This document shows positions 1 through 9,414 of a stretch of 64,000 bases of DNA, piece after piece. Origin of the DNA: an uncultured bacterium (GTDB lineage Bacteria > Omnitrophota > Omnitrophia > Omnitrophales > Aquincolibacteriaceae); assembly GCA_964482725.1 (NCBI GenBank), contig CAYZYT010000013.1:1465-65464 (forward strand), written 5' to 3'. Every line of letters begins with the position of its first letter. Within the stretch, counting starts at the first letter, position 1. The notes under the pieces are model-generated. The model was given only the letters and a program-made list of their open reading frames with translations, did not search any database and was not told where the DNA came from. A program made the position numbers and the translations under genes.

Positions 1-3000
1 AATCCATGCCTTCCCAGTTCACACCCGCCTTGGAAAGCACCCCGAGATCCGACCAGTTCACGCCCGCCTTAGAAAGAACATCCATGCCAATCCAGTTCAT
101 ACCCGCCTTTGACATCACATTGAGATCCGACCAATTCACACCCGCCTGCGTCAAAACATTCAGGTCTGCCCAGTTCACGCCGGCCTTCGACAGAACATCC
201 ATGCCGGTCCAATTCACTCCAGACCGCGACATCACTTGAAGATCCGTCCAATTGACGCCCGTCTTCGAAAGAACATTCAGGTCCCCCCAATTCACGCCCC
301 CCACGGAGAGTGCCTGCATCCCGCTCCAGTTCACTCCGGTTCTGGACAGAACACCCACATCCAACCAGTTGACACCCGAACTCAACATGGCATTAAGATC
401 GCTCCAATTCAGACCCGCCTGGGTCAGAACGTTGAGATCCCCCCAATTGATCGCTGCTTTTGAAAGAGCCTTGATGTCTTGCCAATTCACGCCCGCGCGA
501 GAAAGCACCTGAATATCGTCCCAGTTCACCCCTCCTTCCGAAAGCGCCTGAATCCCGCTCCAGTTCACGCCCGCCCTCGACAGGACATCCATCCCGCTCC
601 AGTTCACTCCGGCCTTCGAGAGAACATCGATCCCGCTCCAGTTCATACCCGCTTTCGAAAGCACCCCCATATCCGACCAATTCACTCCGGCCCGCGACAT
701 CACATTGAGATCCGACCAATTGATCCCTGTTTCCGAAAGGACATTGAGATCCCCCCAATTCACTCCCGCTTTCGAAAGAACATCGATCCCGATCCAGTTC
801 ACGCCCGCCTTGGAAAGAACTCCCATATCCAGCCAATTCACACCAGCTTTTGACATCACATTGAGATCCGACCAGTTGACACCCCCCCGGGACAGAACAT
901 TCAGATCCGTCCAGTTCACTCCTGCCTTGGAAAGGATCCCCATATCAAGCCAATTCACTCCTGCCTTTGACATCACATTGAGATCCGACCAATTCACGCC
1001 CCCCGAAGAAAGCTCCTGGATCCCATTCCAATTCACCCCCGCCCGCGACATCGTCTGAAGATCTGCCCAATTCAAGCCTGCCCGCGTCAGCACGTTGAGA
1101 TCAGACCAGTTCACGCCAGCCTTAGAAAGGACATTAAGATCCGACCAGTTCACGCCGGACTTCGACAGCGCGCTCATATCCGACCAGTTCAAGCTGGCTT
1201 TGGACATGACATCCAGATCCGACCAGTTCACCCCGGCCCTTGAAAGAACATTCAAATCCGACCAGTTCACCCCAGCCCTTGAAAGAACATCGATGCCGCT
1301 CCAGTTGACTCCCATTTCAGACATCACATTAAGATCCGACCAATTCACGCCCGCTTTAGAAAGAGCGTCGATGCCGTTCCAATTCACACCCGCTTTTGTA
1401 AGTACTCCCATATCGAGCCAGTTGACCCCTGCTTTCGACATCACATTCAAATCGGCCCAGTTCACACCTCCCGCCGAAAGCGCCTGCATCCCGCTCCAAT
1501 TCACACCCGCTTTTGAAAAAACATTGAGATCCGCCCAGTTCACGCCACTTCGCGTGAGAACATTCAAATCCTCCCAATTCAAGTGAGCTTGGGTCAAGAT
1601 ATTAAGATCGGTCCAATTAATGCCCGCCTGGGATAAGGCTCCCATATCCAGCCAGTTCACACCGGCACGCGACAGCACATTTAGATCCGACCAATTCACA
1701 CCCGCTTTCGAAAAGATCCCGATGTCCGTCCAATTCACACCGGCGATCGACATCGCTTGGATCCCACTCCAGTTCACGCCCGCCTGGGAAAAAACATTTA
1801 GATCGGCCCAATTCACGCCGGCTCTTGAAAGAGCATCGATGCCACTCCAATTCACGCCCGCCTTGGAAAGCACCCCCATATCCAACCAATTCACACCCCC
1901 GACTGAAAACGCCTGGATCCCGCTCCAATTCACTTCCGCCCTTGAAAAAATATTAAGATCAGCCCAATTGATGCCCGCTTTGGAGAGAACATCGATCCCG
2001 GTCCAGTTCACGCCCTCTTTGGAAAGCACGCCCATCTCGGTCCAATTGATCCCGGCTTTAGACAATGAATCGATCCCGCTCCAATTCACTCCAATTCCCG
2101 AAAGGACATTGAGGTCCATCCAATTGACACCGGCTCGGGAAAGAGCATCGATCCCGCTCCAGTTGATCGCAACTTTGGACATAACACTAAGATCGATCCA
2201 ATTAACTCCGGCCCGGGAAAGGGCATCAATCCCGCTCCAGTTCATCCCCGCCTTAGAAAGCACACCGATATCCACCCAGTTCACACCGGCTTTGGAAAAA
2301 GAATCGATCCCGTCCCAATTCACACCCGCCTTCGACAATACATTTAAATCGGTCCAATTCACGCCCGATTTTGAAAGAATGTCGAAATCCGCCCAGTTCA
2401 CGCCGGCCGCCGAGAGCGCTTGCATCCCACTCCAGTTCACGCCCGCTTTCGAAAGCACATTAAAATCGGACCAATTCACACCCGCCTTCGAAAGCACATC
2501 GATACCGTTCCAGTTAACACCCGTTTTCGACAACACATTCAAATCGGACCAATTCACGCCCGCTACCGATATCACCTGAAGATCCGTCCAATTCACGCCC
2601 GCTTTGGAAATAGCATCCACACCGCTCCAATTCACACCCGCTTTTGTAAGCGCTCCAATGTCAAGCCAGTTCATACCAGCCTTCGACATCACATTAAGAT
2701 CTGACCAGTTAATCCCCCGGGTGGAAAGGGCATTCACATCGGACCAATTGATCCCGGCGTTCGAGAAAACACTCATATCCATCCAATTCACGCCCGCTTC
2801 CGAAAGAGCATCGATACCGCCCCAATTCACACCGGATTTTGAGAGAACATCGATCCCAATCCAGTTCACGCCCGCTTGCGAAAGAGCATCGATGCCGTCC
2901 CAGTTCACACCCGTGCGCGAGATCACCTGGAGATCCGTCCAGTTCACACCCGTCTTAGAAAGAACGCCCAAATCGGACCAGTTCACGCCCGCTTTAGAAA

Positions 3001-3985
3001 GGGCCTCCATATCGCCCCAGTTGACACCGGTCTGCGTCAACGTACTCAAGTCCGTCCAGTTAACACCCGCACGAGTTAAGACGTTGAGGTCCGCCCAATT
3101 GATCCCCTCTTTCGAGAGAATATCGAGATTTGCCCAGTTCACGTTGCCATCCGAAAGCGCCTGAATCCCGGACCAGTTCACACCGGCAGTCGAAAGGATA
3201 TCAAGATCCGCCCAATTCACTCCCGCTTTCGAAAGCACACTAAAATCGGACCAATTCACTCCCGCTTTCGAAAAGACTCCGATATCCAACCAATTGACTC
3301 CCGCTTGTGACATCACATTCAAACCGTCCCAGTTCACATTCGCGGAACTCATAACACGCATATCGGTCCAGTTCACATTGGCTTTTGTAAGCGCCGCCAA
3401 GTTATCCCAATTAATGGTCTCCGACCAATCGACATGAGCCCCGGTCATCTTCGCGAAATCATCCCAGTTCGCGCCGGCCTTGGACATACGTTGAATGTCT
3501 CCCCAGTTCACTCCCGCCTGGGACAGAACTTCGATATCGTTCCAGTTGATCCCAAGACTTGACATCCGTCCCACATCAAGCCAGTTCGTTCCGGCCACGG
3601 ACAAAGCCTCAATGCCGCTCCAATTCACCGCGGAAGCCGAAAGCGCTTCGATGCCGCTCCAGTTGACTTTCGCTTGACTCATTTTTGAAAGATCGGACCA
3701 ATTGACTCCGGAGACCGATAACAGGCCGAGATTTTCCCAATTGATCCCGGCCTTGGCCAAACGCCCGATATCTTTCCAGTTCACTCCCGCCAGCGTCAGC
3801 TGCTCGAGGTCAAGCCAGTTGATATTGGCCGTGCTAAACGACATGATCTCCGACCAACGGATGCCGGCCCTCGTCAGGGTCCGGACATCTTCCCAATTCA
3901 TACCTTTTGAGGACAACTCCGCGATATCATTCCAATTAACGCGAGCCTCCGACATCGCCTTCAAATCGTCCCAGTTCGCCTTGGC
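1..3985 (-). repeat. 39-bp coding tandem repeat array, ~103 units
   Basis: Trp codons (cca on +) recur every 39 nt from 14 to 3407 (88 units), shift by 18 nt, then recur every 39 nt from 3425 to 3971 (15 units). Confidence 0.93.
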
Positions 3986-4915
3986 CACCGCGATCAAAAT
4001 ATCCCCGGTTTTTTTGTACAACGTCTCGGATTGGTTAGCTCCGACCGCGGTCTTGATCGCCTGGATATCCGACCAGTTCATGTCTTCCATTTTAGTTTTC
4101 ATCGAAGAAACATCCGTCTTGATCCCGGAAACATCCGAAGCCATCGAACCTGCCAGCGAGGGAGTAAGAACGTAGGTGCTCCTATAATTTGCACCCATAT
4201 AATTGATCTGGGTGGTAACGAGATACGAGGCATTCACATCGCCCGGGATCCAGGTTGACGAGAATACGCCACCACTGACAGCCGTGGCGGTTGTGAAGTT
4301 GAGACCCGAGTACGTACAGTCGCCTGGCACATAATCACCGTCGATCAGGATCTCGCGGGTTTGGTCATTCTCGTACCAGCTACTGACTGTAAAAGTGCCA
4401 TCGCTATAAGTCAGAACAGTCATCACATAGGTATGGTGATCCGCGACATTAAAAGCATCGGACGTGGCGGAGGTAAGGCCGGCGGCGCTCGCCTGCAGCG
4501 TATACATTTCTCCAGACTTATTCATGAACAAACCCTTCCCCGCGAAATCAGCCACGCCCCCGACGGCGTCCATGGTAATGGTACCGCCAAGCGTGGCTCC
4601 GGAGGGGTTGTTCGAAAGAGCCAGCGTAACGGTATTCGTCGCCGTCGCAAATAACTCATCATTCCCGTCCCGAATCTCCACAATGGGGTCTCTCGAGAAC
4701 ACCTGTCCGACAATTTGGTCTCCGGGATGAGCCGTAAAGACGAGGTGGGTGGGCACCTGCACGCTACCTTCCGCGGAAGAAGAACCCTCTCCGTCCCCGC
4801 CGGTGTAAATCGCGGCATTGCCTGTGTTCATTCCCAAAAAGAAAATAGCGGTCACCAGCCAGACCATGCTCCGGTAACCGGGATTTTTTTTATGGAAAAA
4901 GGAGAGGAAGCTCAT
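1..4915 (-). CDS. Giant exported 13-aa tandem-repeat (GVNWxD/G) protein, 3'-truncated by window edge (>=1638 aa)
   Basis: Manual translation from ATG at 4915 (ATGA overlap with upstream stop): MSFLSFFHKKNPGYRSMVWLVTAIFFLGMNTGNAAIYTGGDGEG..., an Ig-like segment (HLVFTAHPGD...GVADF...YTLQASAAGLTSATSDAFNV), then GVNWSDLNVLSKA-type repeats. The same frame is open at base 2. Absent from the ORF track because no stop lies in the window. Confidence 0.92.
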   Translation of the reverse strand, partial: MSFLSFFHKKNPGYRSMVWLVTAIFFLGMNTGNAAIYTGGDGEGSSSAEGSVQVPTHLVFTAHPGDQIVGQVFSRDPIVEIRDGNDELFATATNTVTLALSNNPSGATLGGTITMDAVGGVADFAGKGLFMNKSGEMYTLQASAAGLTSATSDAFNVADHHTYVMTVLTYSDGTFTVSSWYENDQTREILIDGDYVPGDCTYSGLNFTTATAVSGGVFSSTWIPGDVNASYLVTTQINYMGANYRSTYVLTPSLAGSMASDVSGIKTDVSSMKTKMEDMNWSDIQAIKTAVGANQSETLYKKTGDILIAVAKANWDDLKAMSEARVNWNDIAELSSKGMNWEDVRTLTRAGIRWSEIMSFSTANINWLDLEQLTLAGVNWKDIGRLAKAGINWENLGLLSVSGVNWSDLSKMSQAKVNWSGIEALSASAVNWSGIEALSVAGTNWLDVGRMSSLGINWNDIEVLSQAGVNWGDIQRMSKAGANWDDFAKMTGAHVDWSETINWDNLAALTKANVNWTDMRVMSSANVNWDGLNVMSQAGVNWLDIGVFSKAGVNWSDFSVLSKAGVNWADLDILSTAGVNWSGIQALSDGNVNWANLDILSKEGINWADLNVLTRAGVNWTDLSTLTQTGVNWGDMEALSKAGVNWSDLGVLSKTGVNWTDLQVISRTGVNWDGIDALSQAGVNWIGIDVLSKSGVNWGGIDALSEAGVNWMDMSVFSNAGINWSDVNALSTRGINWSDLNVMSKAGMNWLDIGALTKAGVNWSGVDAISKAGVNWTDLQVISVAGVNWSDLNVLSKTGVNWNGIDVLSKAGVNWSDFNVLSKAGVNWSGMQALSAAGVNWADFDILSKSGVNWTDLNVLSKAGVNWDGIDSFSKAGVNWVDIGVLSKAGMNWSGIDALSRAGVNWIDLSVMSKVAINWSGIDALSRAGVNWMDLNVLSGIGVNWSGIDSLSKAGINWTEMGVLSKEGVNWTGIDVLSKAGINWADLNIFSRAEVNWSGIQAFSVGGVNWLDMGVLSKAGVNWSGIDALSRAGVNWADLNVFSQAGVNWSGIQAMSIAGVNWTDIGIFSKAGVNWSDLNVLSRAGVNWLDMGALSQAGINWTDLNILTQAHLNWEDLNVLTRSGVNWADLNVFSKAGVNWSGMQALSAGGVNWADLNVMSKAGVNWLDMGVLTKAGVNWNGIDALSKAGVNWSDLNVMSEMGVNWSGIDVLSRAGVNWSDLNVLSRAGVNWSDLDVMSKASLNWSDMSALSKSGVNWSDLNVLSKAGVNWSDLNVLTRAGLNWADLQTMSRAGVNWNGIQELSSGGVNWSDLNVMSKAGVNWLDMGILSKAGVNWTDLNVLSRGGVNWSDLNVMSKAGVNWLDMGVLSKAGVNWIGIDVLSKAGVNWGDLNVLSETGINWSDLNVMSRAGVNWSDMGVLSKAGMNWSGIDVLSKAGVNWSGMDVLSRAGVNWSGIQALSEGGVNWDDIQVLSRAGVNWQDIKALSKAAINWGDLNVLTQAGLNWSDLNAMLSSGVNWLDVGVLSRTGVNWSGMQALSVGGVNWGDLNVLSKTGVNWTDLQVMSRSGVNWTGMDVLSKAGVNWADLNVLTQAGVNWSDLNVMSKAGMNWIGMDVLSKAGVNWSDLGVLSKAGVNWEGMD

Positions 4916-6501
4916 GACGCGGTCCTCGCGCAACGCCCGCCATAATCGGCTCCACGCGTCGTGTCGGCCGTGGCGGCTCGATCACGATCTGAAACTGCAA
5001 GCCGCACGACATCTGCGGAAGCAACAGACCAACCGCCGCCTTTCAAGCCACTCCCCACGGCATCGCTCAATCCCGGCCATGATTCATTGGCATCGCCTTG
5101 CGCAGTCAATCCGCCATCTCCGTGAGCTCCGTTAAACCCGCGGCCTTCTGAATTTCCGACAGTCACGACACGCTCCCACACATTTCCGGAAAGGTCCAGA
5201 TTGCCGTAATAACCCGCTCCCGAAGCAACGCGAGTCGTTGTGGAAGTCGTCGCAAAAATACCCACCCGAAGAGGACCGGTCCCCGACTCCGTAACGCCGG
5301 TAAAATTGACATTGCCATATAAAGCATTCGCACCGCTCGTGGTGATCGTTTCCCCGCCGGTCTCGGGCCCCGAAATCCCACTGCCCGCCGGTTTCATAAT
5401 GCTGTCATTGCCCCAGGCATATTCTCCCGCCACGGGAGCATTCCCCGCTCCGCGGCAGGCTTTTTCAAATTCAAGTTCCGTCATAGGTCTCAAACCAGCC
5501 CAGTCCGCATAGGCCGCAAGATCCATCCATGAAAGAAAACCGCAAGCTCGGGGCGAGCGCGTCGTCCGTGCGTCTCCAGACTCCCAAAAGATCGTATTTC
5601 GGCTCACCACGCCATCGCTGTTTTTCCCCGAAGCGGCCGTGATATCGCGCGTGGCCTTCTGAGTCGCGGTCAGTGTATTGAAAAAACCGACCCATTGCCC
5701 TTCCGAGATTTTATATTTCATCAGATAAAAAGGTGCATAACCTTTAGGGAACGCTGCCGCGAGCGGTCCCGCGCCGCCGATGCCACTCGGACCACCGTTC
5801 GACCAAAGGTTCCCCTCGACGGCGTTGATGGTAAGAGCTGCTTCCGAAGTAACCCGGTAAGGGATCGTAGCCCCATCGATCCACGACCCGTCCGTCAAAC
5901 TGTTCGATTCTGTTCCTCCGGAACCAACATAAAACGCCCCTTCAGGGATATAGACCATTTCGATTGCAAAAACATTGACCCGCGTCGACGTCGCACGAGC
6001 ATTCGCGTCACTCACACCATTCGCGGCATAATCCCAAACCAGTTTGATTCCGCTGGTGGAAACAGTCCCCGTCCCCGCACTCGAACGCCGGATAAAACAA
6101 CCCTTAAGATCCCCGGGGACCACCAGATCGATAGTCGTCCCGGTGCCGCGCTCAAAACCGGCGGGATTGGCGCCAGCAGTTTTGAGGATCGCGTGATGCC
6201 AAGAGGATCCGGAATCCGTGGAATATTTGACGAAAATCCAAACCGCATCATAATTGGCGGCATCGTACCAAGAGTTGTCCCACGAAATATTAAGACCGAT
6301 TTTTGCGGTATGGGTTCCGCTATCCTGATCCGCTACGACCACTCTGGAAACGCGTACATTATTGGCGAGAGCCGAAAGAGGAAAGGAGAGAACAAGGAGC
6401 GCTAAGGCCAAGGATATCTTCCAATTTCTTCCCCTGTCTAACTCCTTGCAGCAGAAGAGACTACCACCACTTACTTGTCTTAAAAAAGCTCTAAGCATCA
6501 A
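4912..6501 (-). CDS. Exported SUMF1/FGE-sulfatase (C-type lectin fold) family protein
   Basis: Signal peptide (LALALLVLSFPLSALA-NN); motifs EMVYIPEGAF, YLMKYKISEGQW, GLRPMTELEFEKACRG, DLSGNVWE, YGGRCAR. Start uncertain. Confidence 0.85.
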   Translation of the reverse strand: MMLRAFLRQVSGGSLFCCKELDRGRNWKISLALALLVLSFPLSALANNVRVSRVVVADQDSGTHTAKIGLNISWDNSWYDAANYDAVWIFVKYSTDSGSSWHHAILKTAGANPAGFERGTGTTIDLVVPGDLKGCFIRRSSAGTGTVSTSGIKLVWDYAANGVSDANARATSTRVNVFAIEMVYIPEGAFYVGSGGTESNSLTDGSWIDGATIPYRVTSEAALTINAVEGNLWSNGGPSGIGGAGPLAAAFPKGYAPFYLMKYKISEGQWVGFFNTLTATQKATRDITAASGKNSDGVVSRNTIFWESGDARTTRSPRACGFLSWMDLAAYADWAGLRPMTELEFEKACRGAGNAPVAGEYAWGNDSIMKPAGSGISGPETGGETITTSGANALYGNVNFTGVTESGTGPLRVGIFATTSTTTRVASGAGYYGNLDLSGNVWERVVTVGNSEGRGFNGAHGDGGLTAQGDANESWPGLSDAVGSGLKGGGWSVASADVVRLAVSDRDRAATADTTRGADYGGRCARTAS

Positions 6502-6618
6502 CTGAACCTATCTCAATTTTGCGCATCCTGGGCGAAAGGCGCGCTGTTTTCAGAAATTCTTCGATGCGTCAATGAGCATTTTAACTTAACCTCAAATGGC
6601 TAAGCAACTTACACAATA

Positions 6619-6627
6619 ATTATAGCA
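6619..6627 (-). promoter_or_regulatory. Putative extended -10 promoter (TGCTATAAT) for the FGE / giant-repeat unit
   Basis: Reverse strand reads ATGCTATAAT in the AT-rich 6502-6753 gap. Confidence 0.4.
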
Positions 6628-6753
6628 TGAATCCCTCTTTGGTGTAGGAGAATTAGATAGATTTTTGTCAATACAATGGAGGATAAAAACTGCAGGGATT
6701 CTCAGATCAAAACTACCTAAAAAAAACAACGTAACTACATTGCCCTAAACAGG

Positions 6754-7680
6754 TTACATCTCTTTTTGCATTTTCTCGAAATCTCTCTTGAGAGGCTCAT
6801 CCGGCGCTACTCGAGACAATTGATTCAAATCCCAGAGCCGCATCCTGATTTTCTTAGACTCTTCACTCGGCGGTTTTAGATTCAGATATTGTTGATAATA
6901 GGTCCTCGCCTCGATTTGTTTCGCCAAATGATAGTCGTAAATAATAGCAAGATTATGATAAGCCCATGCCAATTTCGGATTCAGATGGAGGGCTTTTTTA
7001 TACTGACCGATCGCATCTTCGTATCGCCCAAGATCGTAATACACATTGCCAAGATCAAAACAGGCTCCGACCAGCTGATCCTTGAGGCTCAAATTTTCGG
7101 AATTCACCCCGGCCACCATCCCCACCGAATTTTTTACGGACTCTTCATTCTTTTTCGCAACGTCAATGATCCGGCTACGTTCCGGCTCCAGAACCGACTG
7201 GTTCAAAAGCCCTTTTAATTTTTCATTGGTGTCGTTCAACTCTTGATTTTTTGCTGTGATCTCCTGACGCTGGACCGCCGTATCCAGGCTGCCGCCTTCC
7301 AGCTTCGCGATCTCTTTGCGCGATGCCTCGAGCTCAGACTTCAGCGTTTCGACCTGGGAGCTGATCTCACGCTCTTTCGCACCCCCACCGCTCTGCGTTT
7401 GCTGGGCCTGTAGCGCAAGGTCGTTCTTCTCCGCGGTAAGCTTCTCATAAGAATCCTGGAGATCTCGCATATTCTGGCGAACCCTGCGGTTTTCCTTCAA
7501 AGTTTCATTCAACGTATATAATATTTTCTCGACATTTTGTCCTTCCGGAGTCGAGGGGCCGACAGAAGCAGGGTCCTTCTCCTTGGCCGCAAACGCCAAA
7601 TTCGCATTGAACCCCAAGGACAAAACCAACACGCCCAGCCCGAAAATCTGAAAACTTTTAGGGAAGAAATTCCTCGTCAT
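6754..7680 (-). CDS. Exported coiled-coil + TPR protein
   Basis: Signal peptide, heptad-rich middle, TPRs (FDLGNVYYDLGRYEDAIGQYKKAL, AYHNLAIIYD). Confidence 0.85.
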   Translation of the reverse strand: MTRNFFPKSFQIFGLGVLVLSLGFNANLAFAAKEKDPASVGPSTPEGQNVEKILYTLNETLKENRRVRQNMRDLQDSYEKLTAEKNDLALQAQQTQSGGGAKEREISSQVETLKSELEASRKEIAKLEGGSLDTAVQRQEITAKNQELNDTNEKLKGLLNQSVLEPERSRIIDVAKKNEESVKNSVGMVAGVNSENLSLKDQLVGACFDLGNVYYDLGRYEDAIGQYKKALHLNPKLAWAYHNLAIIYDYHLAKQIEARTYYQQYLNLKPPSEESKKIRMRLWDLNQLSRVAPDEPLKRDFEKMQKEM

Positions 7681-9398
7681 CGCTGCGCCCTTTTAATGTC
7701 TGGTATTTTTTGCAACAAAGTCGCCGACCCATCCATGAGCGGTGGGGAGTAATCTCCACCCGTTCCTTGCTGCTTCCCCACATCAAAAGCCCCAATCCCA
7801 AGCATGCTGAGCGTATCCGTCGGCATACTTCGCGCCGACCGCGACGTAGGATTTCTGGTTTTGATCGCGATCGGCTCATCGAGATAATCTTCTTCTCCCG
7901 TCACAATGTGCGGAGTGATAATAACCGCGATCTCCGTTTTTTTGAAGCTCTCATTACGCGCCTTGAACATATGCCCCACGACCGGAATGTCCATCAAATA
8001 AGGGACTCCCTGATTACTCCGGGTCTGTTCATCCCGAATGAGCCCTCCCAACACCACCGAATTCCCATCTTGGATGATGACGGTCGATTCCACGAAAGTG
8101 GTATTCACTTTTGGGATCACGTTCTTAGTGGGCGTGACCAACTCACCGATCTGGCTTGAAATCTCCGGCCGGATCTTCATGGTCACAAAACCCTTGTCAT
8201 TAATGACGGGCGTCACCACAAGCACAAGACCGATGTCAATAAAACGGATGTCTTCACTGACGGAAACATTATTCCCGGTCCCCGTCGACGTGGTCACCAC
8301 ATACGGGATCCGGTCTCCGATGTTGATCTTTGCCTCCTCGCGGTCCATGATCATGACGCGCGGGTTCGCAAGCAACTTCGTATCCTCGATCTCCTTGACC
8401 GCTTTCAAATTAGCCGCGATCTCATCTGTCGCAAAATTCCCGACCACGATCTTTCCGAATTTCCCAAGGTTGGAGGCCGTAGTCTCCATGGGAAACGAAC
8501 TTGCAATGCTCGAATTGTCGAGCCTCCGAAAGACCTTTTGCCAATCGATCCCCCAATTGTATTTAGGATTGAGCGTGAGCTGCAGGATTCTTGTTTCGAC
8601 CATCACGGCCCGGGTCTGCCGGTCGAGCGCCTTGACAAGCCGGACCGCTTGCTCCATCCGTTCAGGATACGCGCTGATCATGATCTGGTTCGACCTGACA
8701 TCCGCCGCGACCGTCCCGACCCCTTTCCCGTCGATCTGCGGTTTCAGCTGCGCCGCAATGTCCTCCGCTTTCGCAAATTGAAGCTTGATCACTTGCGTGG
8801 CAATGTTGTTCTCCACTTGATCCAAAATGGTGTTCATCTGCATCAACTTCTCCGCAGTGTCGATCATCACCACCGTCCCTGCGTCTTCGTCGATAATGAC
8901 TTTCCCGATCGCGCTCTGAATGGATTGCAACGTCGCAAGCACGTAGCTGGGTTTGGCGGTTTTCAGCGTACGGATCGAGATCTTCCGGTTGTCATTGAAA
9001 GTTTTACCGTGCGTTAACGCGTACTCATCTTCGGTCATGATGAGAATGATGCCGTTCCGGATCTGGTAGGCAAGCTGGTTGGAAATGACCAGAATATCCA
9101 ACGCATCTTTGATCTTCACGTTTTTCAGCAACAAAGTCGAACGTCCCTGGACATTGCGACTTGTCACAATATTAAGGCCCCCTTGAACTGCGATAAACTT
9201 GAAAACATCAATGACATTGATATCGCGAAGATCGAGGAAGATCGTTTTTTCAAGGCCGGATTGGGGATCCTTGGCGGCGGCCACTGTCCCCGGAGCTTTG
9301 TCTTCTGGAAAAGCGCTCGGAGCCACAGGGAAACTCGCCGCGATCATGACGGCCAGCAGCACCTTGCCCAGCTTAGAAAATTTCTCTCGCTTTCCCAT
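7677..9398 (-). CDS. Secretin (PilQ/GspD family)
   Basis: N0 domain (LDLRDINVIDVFKFIA), N3 domains, secretin core (LLANPRVM, EAKINIGDRIPY, VVLGGLI, GVPYLMDIPVVGHMF). Start placed at MGKREK; ORF extends to 9467. Confidence 0.93.
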   Translation of the reverse strand: MGKREKFSKLGKVLLAVMIAASFPVAPSAFPEDKAPGTVAAAKDPQSGLEKTIFLDLRDINVIDVFKFIAVQGGLNIVTSRNVQGRSTLLLKNVKIKDALDILVISNQLAYQIRNGIILIMTEDEYALTHGKTFNDNRKISIRTLKTAKPSYVLATLQSIQSAIGKVIIDEDAGTVVMIDTAEKLMQMNTILDQVENNIATQVIKLQFAKAEDIAAQLKPQIDGKGVGTVAADVRSNQIMISAYPERMEQAVRLVKALDRQTRAVMVETRILQLTLNPKYNWGIDWQKVFRRLDNSSIASSFPMETTASNLGKFGKIVVGNFATDEIAANLKAVKEIEDTKLLANPRVMIMDREEAKINIGDRIPYVVTTSTGTGNNVSVSEDIRFIDIGLVLVVTPVINDKGFVTMKIRPEISSQIGELVTPTKNVIPKVNTTFVESTVIIQDGNSVVLGGLIRDEQTRSNQGVPYLMDIPVVGHMFKARNESFKKTEIAVIITPHIVTGEEDYLDEPIAIKTRNPTSRSARSMPTDTLSMLGIGAFDVGKQQGTGGDYSPPLMDGSATLLQKIPDIKRAQR

Positions 9399-9414
9399 AG
9401 TCGCGTTTCTCATT

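Noticed and set aside
1-3985. 39-bp periodicity as a CRISPR array
   Set aside because: There is no constant repeat with unique spacers, variation is concentrated at synonymous sites, and no cas genes are present.
6-4258. Many plus-strand ORFs with QFTPA or PVHAR repeats
   Set aside because: They are antisense shadows of the minus-strand GVNW gene, fragmented by stops while the minus frame stays open.
4912-5060. DGR variable region at the end of the FGE/CLec gene
   Set aside because: No template repeat differing at adenines, reverse transcriptase or Avd gene was seen in the window.
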